From the NCBI GenBank assembly GCA_012295275.1, contig CM022674.1, positions 2,604,001 to 2,668,000 on the forward strand: 64,000 nt of DNA, read 5' to 3'. Both the position numbers and the translations under genes were made by a program. Below, in pieces: positions 30,270 through 64,000 of the stretch (positions are counted from its first letter, which is position 1; each line of letters begins with the position of its first letter). This stretch comes from Chrysomallon squamiferum (lineage: Eukaryota; Animalia; Mollusca). The notes under the pieces are model-generated. The model was not told where the DNA came from, ran no database searches, and was given only the letters and a program-made list of their open reading frames with translations.

Positions 30270-30408
30270 CACGTGACACAGTCCTGACGTCATCTTAGGT
30301 CATGTCCGATAACTCCTGCTGTGCGAATTTCAAAATCTTATAAAACCAGTGTGATTTGAAAGAACTTTAATATTTCTTTTTGTTACTGCCAAGCGTAATT
30401 CTTCTGAG
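30270..30408 (+). promoter_or_regulatory. CYP core promoter and non-coding exon 1
   Basis: E-box CACGTG 30270-30275, CRE TGACGTCA 30285-30292, AGGTCA 30297-30302, TATAAAA 30339-30345, donor GAG|gtaagc at 30408. Confidence 0.6.
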
Positions 30409-30584
30409 GTAAGCGTTCTTTTGTTTCTACTGAGATATTTATGTTATTTTTCAAATGATTTTTCTTCTTGTATTAAATTACATGTATATTGTAACATCTC
30501 TCCGGTCGGTATGTCTATCCATCTGTGAATTCGTCTGTTAGTAAATGCAGCGCACATAAAACATGATATAAAGATAGATACGCA

Positions 30585-30673
<89 letters not shown>

Positions 30674-30876
30674 TGTGTGTGTGTGTGTAAAGATATGGGC
30701 AAAAATGAAAAAAAAAATATCTATAACTTTGATTGTCAGAACATCTAATTAATCACTTTTGTATTTATTTATTTATTTAATTAGCTAGTTAGTTAGTTAG
30801 TAAGTTAGTCAATTATTTAATTTAATTTAATTTAATTTAATTTAATTCATTCCTGTTTTTATCCAGAAGACACACA

Positions 30877-38019
<7,143 letters not shown>

Positions 38020-38323
38020 ACTGATGTATATATTTCCAAGAATAAAAAAAAAAAAAAAAAAAAAAATGAGAGTAAAAAAAAAAATACTATTAATAAATAA
38101 CAATATAAAAAATGATAATGTGACTTAGATATTTAAACTTGTCATCGTTACTCACTGTTAAAAAAATAATTTTAATTTTACGACAATTAATTGAAATTAT
38201 ATTATAAAACTTTAAAACGGTGAAAAATAAATTAAAAGAAACAAAAAATAATGTTTACGGGAATTAATATATATGTGTGTGTGTTTGTGTATTTCTATAC
38301 ATATTATTCTGAAAATACGTTGT

Positions 38324-38420
<97 letters not shown>

Positions 38421-40028
38421 AAAACGTACCTGAAAGAAAATGGAAACACGACTAATTTTTGTTTTTAAGGTCATAATATATTAAGCAAAAATAGAAAGAT
38501 GATTTCGCATATAAATTTATCATTTATGAGATACAGGAACATTACAACAACAAAACAAGTAATAATAAATAATAATAATAATAACAACAACAACGATAAT
38601 AATAATAATAATAACAACAACAATAGAAATAGTAAATATAGAATAAATAAACTAAAATAAGAAGAAAATGAATACTGTTTATAGCCTTCCTGGTTACAGA
38701 ACAATACAGTAAATGTTTTATCACCTTCAGTTTTAATAATTATCTATCAGCGACAGAAGACAACTGCGCTGTTTGTCAAAAAAGGGATCAGAAATAGTTA
38801 AAAAGGAAATAATAAATAAAGCTTTGTCTGTTTTAACCACACCGATGTGAAAAAGAGCATTTTGTCCACGTCGCTCTCCTGCTTACTTTAGCCTTAGATT
38901 ATGACGTACATTGAAATTTGTTAAGTGACGTAATAAGTTATCTTGGGAGAACACTGTTGTCGGAAATGGGCCTTACGAGGTTATATAAAAATAGTTTGAT
39001 AGCAACTAAAGTAAATAATTATTTATATTTTCGTAACAAACTTCTAATTTCGTAACAAAATTGTATGTTTACTATTAGTATGATGCATTAATTGTTAATT
39101 TACATGTGACTGATGTTAATAAGTAAAATATATTGATAATTATTTGCGATCTATGTCTTCACTAAAGACTTCGTCATAATAATAATTGTACAGAGTATAA
39201 TTAATTGATAATTTTCACATTTTAGTGATAAAACAATTTAAATTAAACCAAACTGATTTTCAAGCGTAAGGTTAACTTTCAAGATGTGTGAAACAAAAAA
39301 TAATTTTTCCCATTTTTGGGGAAATTTTTACTTCCACGATAGGAGTAAATCACGAACAAAATGATACAGGAAGTATTAGTTGTCATTGTTGGATCTTGTA
39401 TAACAGATCTAAACTTAACTTTGAAAAGACGTCCATGAAGAGGATGTTTACAAGGATGCAATGTGTGTTTCGTGGACACAAATCTTATAACAGAACCGCA
39501 GACTCAATGTTTAGTGCAGGCAGGACCCTTGTTGAAGATCAGAACACGATCAGGCAAGAAAATATGTCATGATGATTCCTTCTATTTATGAACTCTCTAA
39601 ATTAAAAAAATATAAAAATAAATAAATTAATTAATTAATTAATAAATAATAATAATAATAATAAAAAAAGATTTAAACAAAAAATTAAAATAAATAAAAA
39701 CCCAACCAAAAAACAACAAACAAAAAGCCCCCCCCCCAAAAAAAAACACGCCAACAGCAAACAACCAAACGCCCCCAAAAGATCACAAAAACACATACAA
39801 AAAAAACTCACAAAAAAAAACAACAACAAAAAACAAAAGAATAACTTAAATGATTTGTTGCAAATTTTATTATTATGTTAAAAAACGTATGTATTAAAGT
39901 TATTCTTTCTTTTCTTTTTTCAATTTCGTTTTTAATTTTTTACTGAATTTTTTTTTTACTGTTTATTTTATTTATTTATTTTATTATTGTTGTTGTTGTT
40001 GTTGTTGTTATTGTTACTGTTGTTGTTG

Positions 40029-40075
<47 letters not shown>

Positions 40076-40710
40076 AATTTAGTTTGTTGCTTATGTTGTT
40101 GTTGTTGGTGTCTTTCATTACAGGCTTAAAATTCCAACAAATTCATTGTTTAAAATAATGAAAACTGATATACATTGTTCAGTACTCTTTGGTTCATGTT
40201 ACCATCTAATTTGTAAATTAATAAACTGAAAATTTGTGTTATTTATTTATTTATTTATTTATTTATCAATAGACTGAAGCCCAGTAATAGATATATCACT
40301 TCATAGAGTGCAGTGATCTTAAGATTTTTCTATATATTTTTTTTCATTTCAGTCAGGGCAGAATTAATGAGTAGATAAATGATGTAGACAGGTTTTTTTA
40401 TTTTGTTTTAATTTTTTTTATTGGTTTTTTTACTGCTAATGGGAGAGTATTTTAAATGGAATGCTATCAACTATCAGAAAAGTAATCCATGGAAGCTGGT
40501 TTTACTTTACCTATATGGTAAAATCGCACACATTTCAAATAATATTAAATATTCATTAATAAAAAATTGTGAATGATTTATACTTGTATTGCAGTATACG
40601 TTTAATTTGTTTCTCACCCGAGTTATAATTTAGATAAATTTATTTACTTACGTGTAATTAACAGATTTAAATGTTTCTAATTTCAGTTTCCAGGTGACTG
40701 TTGAACTAAT

Positions 40711-61845
<21,135 letters not shown>

Positions 61846-63326
61846 CAAACGTTTTTCAGTTTACTAACTGCACCAACACAGAACGTGAAAGAAGCCGGCA
61901 GTCTGTAAAATAAAACCACCGAAAAGAAAAATTCCTAGAGTGAAAATAAATACCAAACAAGAAACCTGAAAAGATTTATTTTATTTGGTAAATAGAAGCA
62001 AAGTATTTTTCAAAAGGATGCTTGTAATTTGTGGATTATGTTGGGGAGAAAAAGGAAAATGGAAATAGGAAGAAAGAAAGTGCTGATGAAATGAAATGGT
62101 GGTTAGGGGTTTCTGGGAGAAGATAGAAGGTATTTAAAAAGAGAAATTTAAAACTTGTTGCTTGTCAAGCGAACTTGGGAATTCTCAAAACTCAGCTTGT
62201 GGGAAAAAAAAAAAAAAAAAAAAAAAAATAAAAAATTATTAAAAAAAATGAGAAATAAACAGTTTTAATGACATGGAAACAAAACCTGTTGGAGAAGAAA
62301 CATATTTCCAAAAATAAAATCTGGAGATTTTGGAACATTTTATATTTCAAATGTGTCTAGGGAGAAAAATGTAAAATTACAAATATTAAAATTGGTACTC
62401 ACTTCTTTCTTTCTTTCTTTTTTTTTCTTTTTTTTTTTGTTCTTTTGAAATAAAAAATGTTTTCTTTAAAAATACAAATGAATATTTTTATCACAAAAGA
62501 TTTCTTTATATAATAAAAGGTTCTTAAAAGAAAAAGAACGGAGCTTGTGCATCAATAGCTACAACTGCATTACCTAAAATAACAACAACAACAACAACAT
62601 AAATCTCAGCAACGACATTAACGAAATAAACGTCAGCAACAACACTAAGAATATTAATATTTAAAAACCAGACATTCACACGTACATTCAGCTACAAAAG
62701 AAACAAAACATAAGTAATAATATTAATATTAATATTAATAATAATAAACACAAAGGCACAAATCTGAATGAAAAAATAAATAAAGCAGTGAACAGGTATT
62801 ACAAGAAAACAAACGCCCACCAATAAAAAACGAAAGAAAAATCAAATCAAATAGAGCTCCGACGACGATGACGAAAACACGCGACATTCCGATTAATAAC
62901 CATCGTAATTGTTACTCCGATCCATACAGCGGAAATCGGTTATAAATGATATATTTCAGAGAACAATTGTAGTATACTAAAGTGCATTATAAACTATTAC
63001 TAAATCAGTTTAATTGTTGTTGTTTTTGTTTTTTTGTTCTTATGTTTTATTACGGATTTGTCCGATGACGTTATACATAGTCATTGCTAACTGTGACGTC
63101 ATTTTCATTGTTGAACGGATATCAAAAGCCGAACTTCAAGTAATTTTAACTAGCACTGATTTTCATCGAAATACAGGGACGTGGTTATTATATTCTGACA
63201 TTTAAGAACGATTATTTTTTCATTTTTGAAGGAAAAATTTATAAGGTAAATTATGCATATTAATTTGGTTTTCGCTTTAGCATTAACGTGTAATTTAAAT
63301 GTTTATTATTAATAATAATAATGTAA

Positions 63327-63379
<53 letters not shown>

Positions 63380-63542
63380 TTAAATAATTAGTTATTACCG
63401 GTAATAAAATTAAATTTAAAACAGTTATCTAAAACACACATACAAAAACAAAAAACAACAACAGCAAAATCAAAATATTATTGACTAACAAATCGTACTA
63501 ATGCAGATAAATATTGTATTTAATTATCTACGTATCTACCTT

Positions 63543-63603
<61 letters not shown>

Positions 63604-63702
63604 GTCTATATATATATATATATATATATAGTGCCTACTTATTTATTTTAATTTAACATAATTCAATATATTTGTTTGTTTGTTTAATCTATTTTTTTAG
63701 AC

Positions 63703-63891
63703 ATGCAAAAAAACGTATTTTGTTTTGTGTGCAAGAAATCGGCTTTGAAGATTCGAACCTGTAAACTACAAAATTCACTGGCGGCCAAATTCAAGTCAAC
63801 GTTAGCAGCCACGCCGACATTGCAGCAACAAAACAACGTAACCAGCAATAGCAACTACAACAACAGTGTCTCACACAGAAGTATTAACCAG
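63703..63891 (+). CDS. Probable first coding exon of a downstream gene (mitochondrial-presequence-like)
   Basis: Acceptor tttttag|AC immediately before ATG; 63 codons rich in K/R/S/T with no acidic residue; phase-0 donor CAG|gtaact. Same layout as the first coding exon of the CYP at 30877. Confidence 0.5.
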
Positions 63892-64000
63892 GTAACTGAC
63901 AGACAAACAGACAAACTGACAACGAGACACACAAACAATTAAACAAAATATAATAAATAAATAATATATATATATCTCAATGTGCATGAGCGTGTGTGTG

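Overview
AT-rich, microsatellite-dense animal genomic DNA with spliceosomal introns (probably an invertebrate such as a mollusc; the taxon is inference only). Most listed ORFs are translated simple repeats. Manual splicing gives: (1) the 5' six coding exons of NPHP4 on the minus strand, with a candidate paralogous alternative first exon in intron 1; (2) head-to-head with it, a tandem pair of intron-containing genes encoding NOL4-like N-terminus + H2C2 + degenerate integrase core proteins (probable domesticated Ginger2/KRBA2/SCAND3-type transposases); (3) a ZNF692/ZNF653/ZFP91-like C2H2 zinc-finger gene with two frameshifts; (4) a complete 10-coding-exon mitochondrial-clan cytochrome P450; (5) an unusual ~1,600-aa type I membrane protein (signal peptide, N-terminal GON domain, up to 22 TSP1 exons, TM, short tail) whose core is 14 near-identical tandem exon+intron units, one of them broken; (6) the probable first coding exon of another gene at the right edge. 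Family calls rest on remembered motifs, not database searches. Several frameshifts fall in homopolymers and may be assembly errors.
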